A stretch of DNA of 64,000 nucleotides from Acidimicrobiales bacterium (GCA_036378675.1 DASUWA010000010.1:14661-78660), one strand, 5' to 3'; shown: positions 25,520 through 33,989, numbered from the stretch's first letter. Notes: generated by a model from the letters alone, not told the origin. Numbers and translations are program-made.

Positions 25520-26758
25520 TTACGCAGCCGATCCGAAGAACCCGGCGTCGCCGAAGGTGAAGATTCCGCCGTCCGCGGCGACCAACCAGTAACCCCTGCC
25601 GGTGGGTGTCGCCGCCATGCCGACCACCGGCCGGTTCAGGCGCTCGCTTCCGGTCGAACCGAAGAAGCCGGCGTCACCGAAATTGAAAATGCCCCCGTCC
25701 GCGGCCACCAACCAGTAACCAGACCCGGTGGGTGTGGTGGCCATCCCGACGACCGGTTGGTTGAGATGCTGCCCCCCCATGGAACCCTCGAACGGCGCGT
25801 TGAAGTCGAAGACCCCGCCGTCCGACGCATCGAGGCGATAGCCGGACGTGACTTGATCAACCGAGATTCCGGTAACCGGGCGGTTGAGATGCTGCGATGC
25901 CATCGAACCCTCGTACTGGGCGTCTCCGAAGGTGAACACGCCGCCGTCCGACGCGACCAGGTAGTAGCCGTTGCCGGAGACCGATCGGCACATTCCTACT
26001 AGAGGGCGGTTGAGCGGCTGGCCGGAGAGCGACCCGTACAACTGCGCGGCGCCGAACGCTCGGACGGAGCCGTCGTTGAAGACGATCCAATATCCGTTTC
26101 CTGCGACGGTCGCTGCCATACCCACCGCGTACGTTCCGGTCGGACCGTTCTGGCACGGCGCAAAGTGATTCGCAGTGTTGTTGTCCGTTGCCGCGACGGT
26201 AGAGCAGGTCGGGTCGAAGACCCATGGCGGAGTACAGGACACCATCCGGCACGCGATCCTCCCGCTGCACCCGATTTCCTGATGGCATTGCCCGTACCGG
26301 AACTCGGTACAGCCCACGTGGCGGTAGTCGCAGCTCCCAAGCGCGCACTCGCATGTGAGGCCGTCGCACCCGGGGCAGAAGGTGCCGCCGCTGCAGCCGC
26401 ACCCCTGGCACTCACCCATGCAATCGATGTAGTAACGGGGGCCGGCGCAGTAGACCGACCCGTCCGCCTTCCACCAACCGCCGGCGAACGTTCCGGGAGG
26501 ACACGCGTTGATCCCGTCGTTGATCGTGCAGCAGAACTGCGTATACCCGTCGCAACAGAGCTGGGAGCAATTGCAGCTGGTGCCCGGCACGCACTCGCAG
26601 ATGAACGCATACGCCGAGCCGGGCCTTATGAGGAATTCGACCGGCGAGACCGAAAGCGCCGCGGCGGTGAGGGTCGCCCTGCTCACGAAGCTCCGCCTCG
26701 TTGTCCGTGAGACAAGGAACTCACCGATCGTTGATGTGATCGTCACTGACCGCTCCAT
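25520..26758 (-). CDS. Tat-exported fusion protein: 26-Cys MauA-like (amine dehydrogenase light-chain-like) domain plus five approximately 41-aa propeller-type repeats
   Basis: 412-aa ORF with twin-arginine signal SRTTRRSFVSRATLTAAAL...GSAYA. Residues about 52-202 carry 26 Cys, including CC-x8-CPPGT-x4-WW. Residues about 210-412 are 5 repeats ending GYWLVAADGGIF(T/N)FGDAGFFGS. An alternative GTG start at 26746 gives a GTGA overlap with mauE. Confidence 0.75.
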   Translation of the reverse strand: MERSVTITSTIGEFLVSRTTRRSFVSRATLTAAALSVSPVEFLIRPGSAYAFICECVPGTSCNCSQLCCDGYTQFCCTINDGINACPPGTFAGGWWKADGSVYCAGPRYYIDCMGECQGCGCSGGTFCPGCDGLTCECALGSCDYRHVGCTEFRYGQCHQEIGCSGRIACRMVSCTPPWVFDPTCSTVAATDNNTANHFAPCQNGPTGTYAVGMAATVAGNGYWIVFNDGSVRAFGAAQLYGSLSGQPLNRPLVGMCRSVSGNGYYLVASDGGVFTFGDAQYEGSMASQHLNRPVTGISVDQVTSGYRLDASDGGVFDFNAPFEGSMGGQHLNQPVVGMATTPTGSGYWLVAADGGIFNFGDAGFFGSTGSERLNRPVVGMAATPTGRGYWLVAADGGIFTFGDAGFFGSAA

Positions 26759-27285
26759 CCATCCCGGACCAGGCGCCTAGCGGTCGGCAGAGGATTGGTC
26801 CAAACAACGTACGCAAGAAGGATCACTACCACCGTGACCAGCGCGAGCGGAACGCCCTGCCACGGCTGGCCGGAGAAGACCGACGCGAGACTTCGCGGAC
26901 CGGATGCTGACCACCACACCCCGCACAGCACCGCGCCAGCGTTCAGCGCCGCGTGCGTTATGGTCGGAGGGGAGTCGGGCTTGCCGAAGCAGCCGCACGA
27001 TGACAGCGGCCACCTTCGCCGCAGAGCGCCCGCGACGAACACGGTAAACGCTGCGTAGGAGAGCGCCACGATCGCGCCGGTCATCGCGCCCGGCAGCGCG
27101 AGCGCTGCGAGCGCAACGGCTAGCTCGCAGGCTGCGCCCGCGCGAACGGCGTTTCTGCTGGCCGGTATGCGGGCTACGTGAAGGGCGCGCACCGTGGTGT
27201 CCGGCCGGGCGATCTTCGCCAGCCCTGCGGTTCCGAGGAGCACGACCTCTGCGAGGTAAGGGGCGGTGATCGCGGGTGCCGTCAT
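26743..27285 (-). CDS. MauE/DoxX-family redox-associated membrane protein
   Basis: Trimmed from ORF 26743-27945 to the ATG at 27285 (ATGA overlap with the upstream stop). 180 aa, 4 TM segments, with the characteristic SSCGCFG motif. Confidence 0.75.
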   Translation of the reverse strand: MTAPAITAPYLAEVVLLGTAGLAKIARPDTTVRALHVARIPASRNAVRAGAACELAVALAALALPGAMTGAIVALSYAAFTVFVAGALRRRWPLSSCGCFGKPDSPPTITHAALNAGAVLCGVWWSASGPRSLASVFSGQPWQGVPLALVTVVVILLAYVVWTNPLPTARRLVRDGWSGQ

Positions 27286-27752
27286 GCGGGTTGCACCGAA
27301 AACGATCCGATGAGCTGGTTTGCCCGAGCCGTCAACGGAACCCGGTTGGCAATCGATCCGATAACCGCGTACAAGCAGAAGGCCCGTCCGCGGACGGTGA
27401 CGAACCGTTGCACGCCGGCCTGGCCGCGGATGACGCGCTGGAGTTGCCGGGGCCTGAAGGCGTCGGGCGTCAAACCGGGGATGGCTGCGGCGCTGCGGAA
27501 CAACGCGCTCCCGGCGGCGTCGGGCCCGAACTCGAGAAGGCTCACGAAGACGTCCGAAGCACCGAGCATCTCGACGAGACCTCCGCCGTAGTCGCCGCGC
27601 TCCGATGGGATCGGCACGGTCGCGGCGTGCACGACCGGAAAGGTTCGCTCTTCTGGCCTCGCAGGCCGGCGGTAGATCGTGGCTTCCCAGCCGCTGGGCG
27701 GAACGACCGCCAGACCCATGGCTTCGATCCGACGGATCCCGGAGGTCGTCAT
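27282..27752 (-). CDS. Hypothetical cytoplasmic protein, translationally coupled on both sides
   Basis: 156-aa ORF with no signal peptide or TM segment. ATGA overlaps at both its start (27749-27752) and its end (27282-27285). No family recognised. Confidence 0.6.
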   Translation of the reverse strand: MTTSGIRRIEAMGLAVVPPSGWEATIYRRPARPEERTFPVVHAATVPIPSERGDYGGGLVEMLGASDVFVSLLEFGPDAAGSALFRSAAAIPGLTPDAFRPRQLQRVIRGQAGVQRFVTVRGRAFCLYAVIGSIANRVPLTARANQLIGSFSVQPA

Positions 27753-28543
27753 CCTCGGTCCGGGTACAGGCTGGGATCGCCCGGGCGGATCCCCGCCTCG
27801 GCGAGCGCCCGATCGGCATCGGCATCACGTTCCCGATCGGCGCGCGACCGGCGCCGGCCGAAACTTGTGGTCCCGTCCGCAACCGCATTCGAAACAAGGG
27901 TCCGCACCTGATCCCACGTGGACGCAACGCCCTCCCCGACGACACGCCCGGCTTCTCCAGAGACGTAGACGAAGTAGGGCGCGTAGGGAATGTCGTAGTG
28001 CTCCCAGGCTTCGGTGGACATCACGACAGGAACCCGCGAGGTACCCGGCCCGCCGCCGCCGGTGTGTCCCACGATCGCGCCCGGGGACTCCGCCTCTGTC
28101 CCTCGCGTCACGACAACCAGCCGGGCTCCGCCGGGAACGGCGGGGGCGTCGCCTCGGAACGAGTCCCAGAACCCGCGGCACGTCGCGCACCCCGAAGTCA
28201 GGAACGCGAGGAGGGTGTCGTGATTCACGTCGGCGACCGCGACGCTGAGCGCATCGCCTTGCGGGTTTTGGCCGGTGATATCGGTTATGTCCGAGGCGAG
28301 AGGGCGTTCCGGGGTGGGACGAACCCCGTTGCCGGCCGGGTCGCCGGATCCCCGAACGGTGGGCGGCGCGACTGCATGGGATGTCGCGGCGTCAAGATCT
28401 CCGGATGAAGAGTCTGCGGGGTCGAGGCTCACACCCATCTGGTGGAGCGTTCTCAGTACCTCGGCGTGAGCGCGCAGGAGTCCAGCCACGAGAAGAGCCA
28501 GCAACGCGACCGCAACGGTAAGACCGACGACGAGCGCCGTCAT
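27749..28543 (-). CDS. Membrane-anchored thioredoxin-fold protein (MauD/TlpA-like)
   Basis: 264-aa ORF with N-terminal TM MTALVVGLTVAVALLALLVAGLL, a CxxC motif in FLTSGCATCRGFW and a Trx-like ...PYAPYFVYV segment. Confidence 0.7.
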   Translation of the reverse strand: MTALVVGLTVAVALLALLVAGLLRAHAEVLRTLHQMGVSLDPADSSSGDLDAATSHAVAPPTVRGSGDPAGNGVRPTPERPLASDITDITGQNPQGDALSVAVADVNHDTLLAFLTSGCATCRGFWDSFRGDAPAVPGGARLVVVTRGTEAESPGAIVGHTGGGGPGTSRVPVVMSTEAWEHYDIPYAPYFVYVSGEAGRVVGEGVASTWDQVRTLVSNAVADGTTSFGRRRSRADRERDADADRALAEAGIRPGDPSLYPDRG

Positions 28544-28597
28544 ACCGCCGAGGGTGCGCCGGCCGGACCCGTAGCGGGGTCATCGCACGCCATTGTC

Positions 28598-30163
28598 TTA
28601 TTGATAGTTGAGAACCGCAGGCTCGCGCACGTCTTTGAGGCTCAATTCGTTGGTCCGGTCACTGGCTTGGGCAGAGTTCACCGCTCGGACCCCGGCGAGC
28701 GCCGGCCAGACGCCGGCAAGAAGAACGCTTATGTGCAGGCCCGCAAAGGCGACATTGTTCAAAGTGCCGGGAGACCTCCCGCGAACCAGACCGTCGACGA
28801 TGGTCCCGACGAGGACCGCGAGAGCCAGCAGCGCCGGCCACACCGCCCGCGGCTGCCGGCCCGACCTGCCGACCTTCGGCGTGACCACGAACGACGCCCG
28901 GGCGCCGACCAGAGCGCGCAGAGCGGCGCTGATGTGAATCCAGAAGCTCGACTCCATCAAGGCGAACGCAGCGAAGCTGTAGCTCCCTTGGCCGGCGACT
29001 GCGACGGTGACCATGCTGGCGCAGAAGTACGGAACGAAATGCGCGAGGAACTGATTGGCGGTCGCCCCGGCAAGGGCCTGCTGGCCGCCGAGGATTCGCA
29101 CAACCGGCAGGGTCATGTAGACCAGGTAGGTCCAGCCGGTGAGAAAGTAGAGGGCGGACAGGAGGAACTGGACCTTCTGGCGAAGCGGCAGCCTTGCGCG
29201 GATCGCGGTAGCTGCTCCGGCGAGGCAACCTCGGGACCATCTCTGTTGCTGGCTGACGTATGAAGCCATGTCCTCCGGGCCGAGCCCGCGGGCGAGGACC
29301 TCCGGCACGTATACGGTGCGCCAGCCTCGCTCCTGGAGGTAGATCGACAGTTCGAAGTCCTCGGTTACCGAACCTTCGGGAATCCCGCCGACTTGTTCCA
29401 GCGCAGACCTGCGGAATACGACGTTGGTCCCGCAGCAGAACATCGATCCGAGCGCGTCCTTGCCCCGGGCTATCACGCCGAAGAACAGGGCTTGCTGGCT
29501 CCACGCGGCCGCTGCCACCGGGTTGGTCGCGTGGTTGGAGTAGTACTGCGGAGTCTGCACGACAGCGACATCGGTGCTGGAGAAGTGCGGAACCGTTGAC
29601 ATCAGAAAATCCGGATCAGGCGCGTGGTCGCAGTCGAAGACCGCGACCAGGGGCGCCGTCGTGGACCGGAGGGCGTGGTTGAGGTTGCCGGCTTTGGCGC
29701 CGCGGCGATCCCCGCGGCGAAGGTATCCCGCGCCGTATCCGGCCGCGAGCTGGGCGATCTCGTCGCTGTCGCCGTCGTCGCAAACGATCACCGAGAAGTT
29801 CGGGTAGTCCAGCTGGCAAGCCGCCGCGAGGGTGGACTCCACGACGCGGGGCTCCTCGTTGTACACGGGAATGAGCACGTTGAGCGGAGGCGCCCACGAC
29901 AGATCCGGGCGAGGGGCGGGTTCTCGAGCCCGCGAGATCGTCCACCAGAACCCCGTCGCCTGCACGAGGTTGAAGATCTCCGCGGCGAGAAGCATTCCGT
30001 ACAGCACCGGGTTGCCAACTCGTCCCGGGGAGAGAAGCCAGACGAAGTACCAGACGCTGAAGACCAGGTCCAGTGGAAGGAGAACCCGCAGCCGGCGGCG
30101 GGCACGCTCCGATCCTTCTGTAGGAGACCAGGTCGTGGCGTTCACAGTTTGAACACGGCTCAT
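28598..30163 (-). CDS. Processive family-2 glycosyltransferase, cellulose synthase (BcsA/CslA)-like, no PilZ domain
   Basis: Trimmed from ORF 28598-31516 to the ATG at 30163 (ATGA overlap with the upstream stop; alternative ATG at 30178). Motifs VIVCDDG, AKAGNLN, VFDCDH, TEDFELS and QQQRWSRG, followed by multiple C-terminal TM segments. Confidence 0.85.
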   Translation of the reverse strand: MSRVQTVNATTWSPTEGSERARRRLRVLLPLDLVFSVWYFVWLLSPGRVGNPVLYGMLLAAEIFNLVQATGFWWTISRAREPAPRPDLSWAPPLNVLIPVYNEEPRVVESTLAAACQLDYPNFSVIVCDDGDSDEIAQLAAGYGAGYLRRGDRRGAKAGNLNHALRSTTAPLVAVFDCDHAPDPDFLMSTVPHFSSTDVAVVQTPQYYSNHATNPVAAAAWSQQALFFGVIARGKDALGSMFCCGTNVVFRRSALEQVGGIPEGSVTEDFELSIYLQERGWRTVYVPEVLARGLGPEDMASYVSQQQRWSRGCLAGAATAIRARLPLRQKVQFLLSALYFLTGWTYLVYMTLPVVRILGGQQALAGATANQFLAHFVPYFCASMVTVAVAGQGSYSFAAFALMESSFWIHISAALRALVGARASFVVTPKVGRSGRQPRAVWPALLALAVLVGTIVDGLVRGRSPGTLNNVAFAGLHISVLLAGVWPALAGVRAVNSAQASDRTNELSLKDVREPAVLNYQ

Positions 30164-32931
30164 ACCTTGAACACCCATACGGTCGCGTTCGCCTTCTTCA
30201 CGACAGCCACCAGACGGTCCTGGTGGCGCAGGTCGGACAAGTATCTGCCGAGCTGCGAAGGCTCGTTGGGAGCCATGAGATTGGAGCTCCCGAGCACGAA
30301 CAGCTCGGTGCCCGCGGGTCGTCCCACCTCGGCCTGACCCAGCTGTACCGCGTCGATGTGCGGCGCGTAGTAGGAGACGACAAGATCGAGGTCTCCGGGT
30401 GAGTAGACGAGGAGGTCGCCGGGGCGGTATCTGACCTGCACGGCGTGCAACGCACCGGCGAAGTCGTAGAGGCGCGGGTTGGACCCGTTCACCTGTTCGT
30501 CGCCGAGCGACCCGGCGAGTAACGCGACGATCGCGACGCATGCTGTGGCCTGCATGCGGATGCTCCGGGACGCTCCGGTTACCAGACGGGAGCAGAGCAA
30601 CAGAAGAGCCACGACGACTCCCGACAAGTAGCGGACCTCGAACAGGTTGCGTTTGACCAGTCCGATCGCGAGGAGCAGAACGACCGGAACCACGGCAGTC
30701 GCCAGCACCGCCGCCGTGCGATCGGTCATGTTCCGGCCGAGCAGGAACAGGGCCAGAAAGATCCCGATGGGCCAAAGAGCCACGATTGCGGCCATGACAG
30801 CGGCCGAGTGGTACCCCACCACTGCCCAGGCCAGGTTGGCCAGGACTGTGTACACCGAGATCGATTGCGCGCCTGCAAGCCCGACCTGCGACGGTGCTCC
30901 GAATCCCTTGCCGGCGGTCTGGTTGACGACGAACTGGTGCCAGGCAAACGGCTCGAGGGGCGCGATCAGCACGGCCATGAGGAACGTGGCGATAAGCAGG
31001 GCGACCAGTAGTTGCCGGCGCTGCTGGGGCCGGCGGATGATTGCCGCTACGAATACAGCCTGTTGCGTGACGAGTTGGAAGACCGCGAAGTACTCGGTCC
31101 AGACGAGAGCCGCGCTCGACAGGACGTAGATGACCCACCCGCCGGCGGTCCCGTACCGAAGGACGCGCGCTTGACCCCAAAGGGCGAGAAGTGCGAAGAG
31201 CATGAACAGCGAGTACATGCGGACTTCCTGCGAGTACCACACAAGGATCGGGGCGACCGACGCGAGCACGCCGGCGATGACGCCCGACCTGCGGTCCCAC
31301 AGGTCGCGCGCCGCCAGGTAAGCGGCGGGCACGGCAAGCGTTCCGGCCAGGACCGACGGCAACCGCATCGCGAGGGGCCCGCTTCCAATGAGATGGTCGG
31401 TCGTCCAAAGAACGGCGAAGTACAGCGGCGGATGGACGTCGGTGGAACCGAGGTTCTTCAGCATCTCGCCGAAAGGCATCGACGCCTGATGGATGCTCGT
31501 CGCCTCGTCGAGCCATATGCCTCTGGGCACGACGAACCTCACCGCCAACCCGGCGAGGGTGACTGCCGACATGGCCAGGACAACCGGATCGTGGGCGGCG
31601 CGTCCTAGGCTGCTAATAGCGCGCCGAGGCAAGCCGTGCGCGGTCGACGAGACGGCCGCTTCGATCCGCTGGCCACTCCTGATGAAATGACTGCCGACGG
31701 CCGGCGCTCGAAGAACGACGAGCGACTCGACGCCGATACCCACCAGTAGCGCCGCGGTAGCGGCCACCGTCGTGGCCGCGACGGTGCCGACACTTCGGCC
31801 CCATATGGCAATCGCAACCCACTGACCGACGACGACAACACCGGCCACCAAAGTTGTACGCGGACCTGCCCCGGTTGCGCAGCGGTGCGCGACAAGGACC
31901 CGGCCGATTCCCAGCAGGCCCATCGCCATCATGTACGGCACCAGGTACGGCGTGATGGACCCGTAGCGGGATCCGAACAACGCGACGCTCAACGCGTGCG
32001 GAGCGATCGCAGTCACGGACACGGCGGACATCCCGAGCACCCCGGCAAGACCCGCCGCGACCGCCAGGCTGTGCTTGTCCCGCCGTACGGCTCGGGGCAG
32101 CAGAACGAGCGGGATGGTGACAGTCGCGAACGCGGCAGCACCTCCGAGTGTGGACAGGGCAGCGTAAGCGGCTGCCTTTCCTCCGGGCAGGATCGCGTTG
32201 GCGAACACGAGATCCTGGGTCTGCAGCAAAGCGAGCAAGGCGAAAGCCGCTGCTGTCCAGCCGGCCGTTCCCTCCCTGCCTGCGGACGCCCGCGATTGGT
32301 AGAGCCGGCGCCGGGCATGCCGTCGGCCACGGGCGACTTCTCTCGCCGTGTATGCAGCGATGACCACGCCCGCCGCCGCTCCGACCGGACCGGTCCAGGC
32401 GGCGAGCGAGAGCCCCACGGAAAGCCGGACCGCCGGTTCCGCCACGAGGCTCTCTACGAGACGCCTATGCCGCCTGGTCCCGTATAGACGACCGCGGTCC
32501 AGCGCGAGCGGCGCGGACGCGGGGAGCACTGCGGCAAGGCCGACGACCATCGGGATGGGAACGTTGAGTAGTGCTGCCAACCCCGGTGAGGCGGCGGCCA
32601 TAACGACCGCGAGCAGCAGGCTCACGGCCGAGACCTTCCGCAGGAGAGCATCGCGTTTGCGTGGATCGACGGCCGTCGCAGCCGAAAGGCTCGTCGCCGG
32701 CAGGCTGAGAACGAGGTAGAGCCCGAGGAAGACGCTCAGGCGGGCGAACCCTGCCGGATCCAGGATTCGCGCAGCGGCAAGGGCAAACACGAGGTTGCCG
32801 GCACCGGCGGCCATCTGTCCCAGCGCGACACCGGCCTGTTCACCTCCGAGCCGGCGCCCCGTTGTAGCCGGTTCACGGTAGGAGAGGACGACGAGCTGTT
32901 CTTCGGCGCCCCCCTGAGTGGTTAAAGCCAC
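30160..32931 (-). CDS. Fusion of a Wzx/MOP-type polysaccharide flippase-like domain (N) and a GT-C (ArnT/PMT-like) glycosyltransferase domain (C)
   Basis: 923-aa ORF. The first approximately 420 aa has 10-12 TM segments with flippase-like composition. It is followed by ...GIWLDEATSIHQA...DVHPPLYF...MRLPSVLAGTLAVPAAYL..., typical of GT39/GT83-type GT-C enzymes, then a soluble C-terminal domain. Confidence 0.7.
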   Translation of the reverse strand: MALTTQGGAEEQLVVLSYREPATTGRRLGGEQAGVALGQMAAGAGNLVFALAAARILDPAGFARLSVFLGLYLVLSLPATSLSAATAVDPRKRDALLRKVSAVSLLLAVVMAAASPGLAALLNVPIPMVVGLAAVLPASAPLALDRGRLYGTRRHRRLVESLVAEPAVRLSVGLSLAAWTGPVGAAAGVVIAAYTAREVARGRRHARRRLYQSRASAGREGTAGWTAAAFALLALLQTQDLVFANAILPGGKAAAYAALSTLGGAAAFATVTIPLVLLPRAVRRDKHSLAVAAGLAGVLGMSAVSVTAIAPHALSVALFGSRYGSITPYLVPYMMAMGLLGIGRVLVAHRCATGAGPRTTLVAGVVVVGQWVAIAIWGRSVGTVAATTVAATAALLVGIGVESLVVLRAPAVGSHFIRSGQRIEAAVSSTAHGLPRRAISSLGRAAHDPVVLAMSAVTLAGLAVRFVVPRGIWLDEATSIHQASMPFGEMLKNLGSTDVHPPLYFAVLWTTDHLIGSGPLAMRLPSVLAGTLAVPAAYLAARDLWDRRSGVIAGVLASVAPILVWYSQEVRMYSLFMLFALLALWGQARVLRYGTAGGWVIYVLSSAALVWTEYFAVFQLVTQQAVFVAAIIRRPQQRRQLLVALLIATFLMAVLIAPLEPFAWHQFVVNQTAGKGFGAPSQVGLAGAQSISVYTVLANLAWAVVGYHSAAVMAAIVALWPIGIFLALFLLGRNMTDRTAAVLATAVVPVVLLLAIGLVKRNLFEVRYLSGVVVALLLLCSRLVTGASRSIRMQATACVAIVALLAGSLGDEQVNGSNPRLYDFAGALHAVQVRYRPGDLLVYSPGDLDLVVSYYAPHIDAVQLGQAEVGRPAGTELFVLGSSNLMAPNEPSQLGRYLSDLRHQDRLVAVVKKANATVWVFKV

Positions 32932-33989
32932 GGATCGGGGGCCAGCGGGACGCCCTCGAGGTCGGTCGTCTCGACGTCACCGCGCTCGAGGACCAGACGC
33001 AGAAGCGCGAGTCCCGCCTCCGCCCTGGCGACTTCTTCCTTCACGGCTGCAGGACTTGGGCCTGCGGAGTCGGCAGCGCGCAGAACAGACGGAGCGAGTG
33101 ACTCTCGGAAACCTGCCGGGGGGAGCCAGGTCTGGTGGAGGCGGCACGCGAGGCCGCGGATGCGGGTCTCGACCGCGATTCCCACCACCGGCACTCCGGC
33201 GGCGGCCGCCGCGTGGATCGCCCGGTACCGCATGGCAACGACGGCGCCCGACTCGGCCATCGCCTCGGCCGCTCCGGTGAGGTCCATCGCCGGAGGCACG
33301 ATCTCCGCGAGCCCGCCGGCGGAGCGAATCTCGGCGAATAGCTCCTCGGCGAGCGCGAAGTCGGCGGTCCCGAGCCCCGTCCACGGCAGAAGGTCGACTC
33401 GCACGCCGTGGAGCGCGAGCTCTCTCAAGCCGAGGAACAACTCGGTTTGGACCCCGCGCGCAGCCGAGGCGTCGAGCGCCACCACGACCGACTGGCCGGA
33501 TGACGGGCCTGAAGCCGCCGGCGACAGGGACATCCACGCCGGGTCCGCAGCAACCCGGATCGGCGCGGGCACACCCGCACCCGCCAGGCATGAAGCCGAT
33601 TCGTCGTCGCTCAGAAGGACGAGATCGGCGCGCCGCACCAGCCGGCGTGCCGCCCACCTCTCGCTCGCCGTAAGAGGACCGCCGGCGCTGACTCCTACCA
33701 GCGCCAGCGGCCGGCGTGGCCGGTTGACGCTCCTCGGGAAGGAGGAATCGAGCGGGGAGGTGAGCGCTGCCGCCGTCGCGGCAGCGAAGCCTTTTCCGGA
33801 GAAGAGGTCGCAGCCGGCCAGCACCACAGCATCCGCCTGCCGGCCCTCGTCCGAGAGCGAGGCCCGAATCGGTCCCGCCGAGGAAGCCCGAAGGTCGTGG
33901 CCGTCCAGGGCAGAGCGGAAGGCGCGAACCAGCGCTCGCGCCCCCAGCGGATCACGCCCGGTGACCGCGGGAAGCAGAACGCTTGGCAT
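32922..33989 (-). CDS. Polysaccharide pyruvyl transferase (CsaB-like) family protein, tentative
   Basis: 355-aa ORF. The pattern GRDPLGARALVRAF...ADAVVLAGCDLF...RRADLVLLSDDESASCL...VAADPAW resembles the PS_pyruv_trans layout. Confidence 0.5.
   Translation of the reverse strand: MPSVLLPAVTGRDPLGARALVRAFRSALDGHDLRASSAGPIRASLSDEGRQADAVVLAGCDLFSGKGFAAATAAALTSPLDSSFPRSVNRPRRPLALVGVSAGGPLTASERWAARRLVRRADLVLLSDDESASCLAGAGVPAPIRVAADPAWMSLSPAASGPSSGQSVVVALDASAARGVQTELFLGLRELALHGVRVDLLPWTGLGTADFALAEELFAEIRSAGGLAEIVPPAMDLTGAAEAMAESGAVVAMRYRAIHAAAAAGVPVVGIAVETRIRGLACRLHQTWLPPAGFRESLAPSVLRAADSAGPSPAAVKEEVARAEAGLALLRLVLERGDVETTDLEGVPLAPDPWL

Noticed and set aside
27286-27945. The N-terminal 220 codons of ORF 26743-27945 as part of the MauE-like gene.
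   Set aside because: The composition is extremely Arg-rich, and the region overlaps the 156-aa ORF and the end of the MauD-like gene. The MauE-like TM protein begins cleanly at the ATG at 27285 with an ATGA overlap.
24729-28543. Interpreting the locus as a bona fide methylamine dehydrogenase (mau) operon.
   Set aside because: There is no heavy-chain (MauB) gene, no di-haem MauG (I found no CxxCH-bearing ORF in the neighbourhood), no amicyanin or cupredoxin, and no methylamine-assimilation genes. The MauA-like domain has roughly double the Cys count of MauA and is fused to a propeller.
30164-31516. The long N-terminal extension of ORF 28598-31516 (972 aa) as part of the GT2 synthase gene.
   Set aside because: The extension is Arg/Pro/Gly-rich off-frame-looking sequence that completely overlaps the well-supported flippase::GT-C gene in another frame. 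The GT2 motifs and TM segments all lie after the ATG at 30163, which forms an ATGA overlap with the upstream stop.
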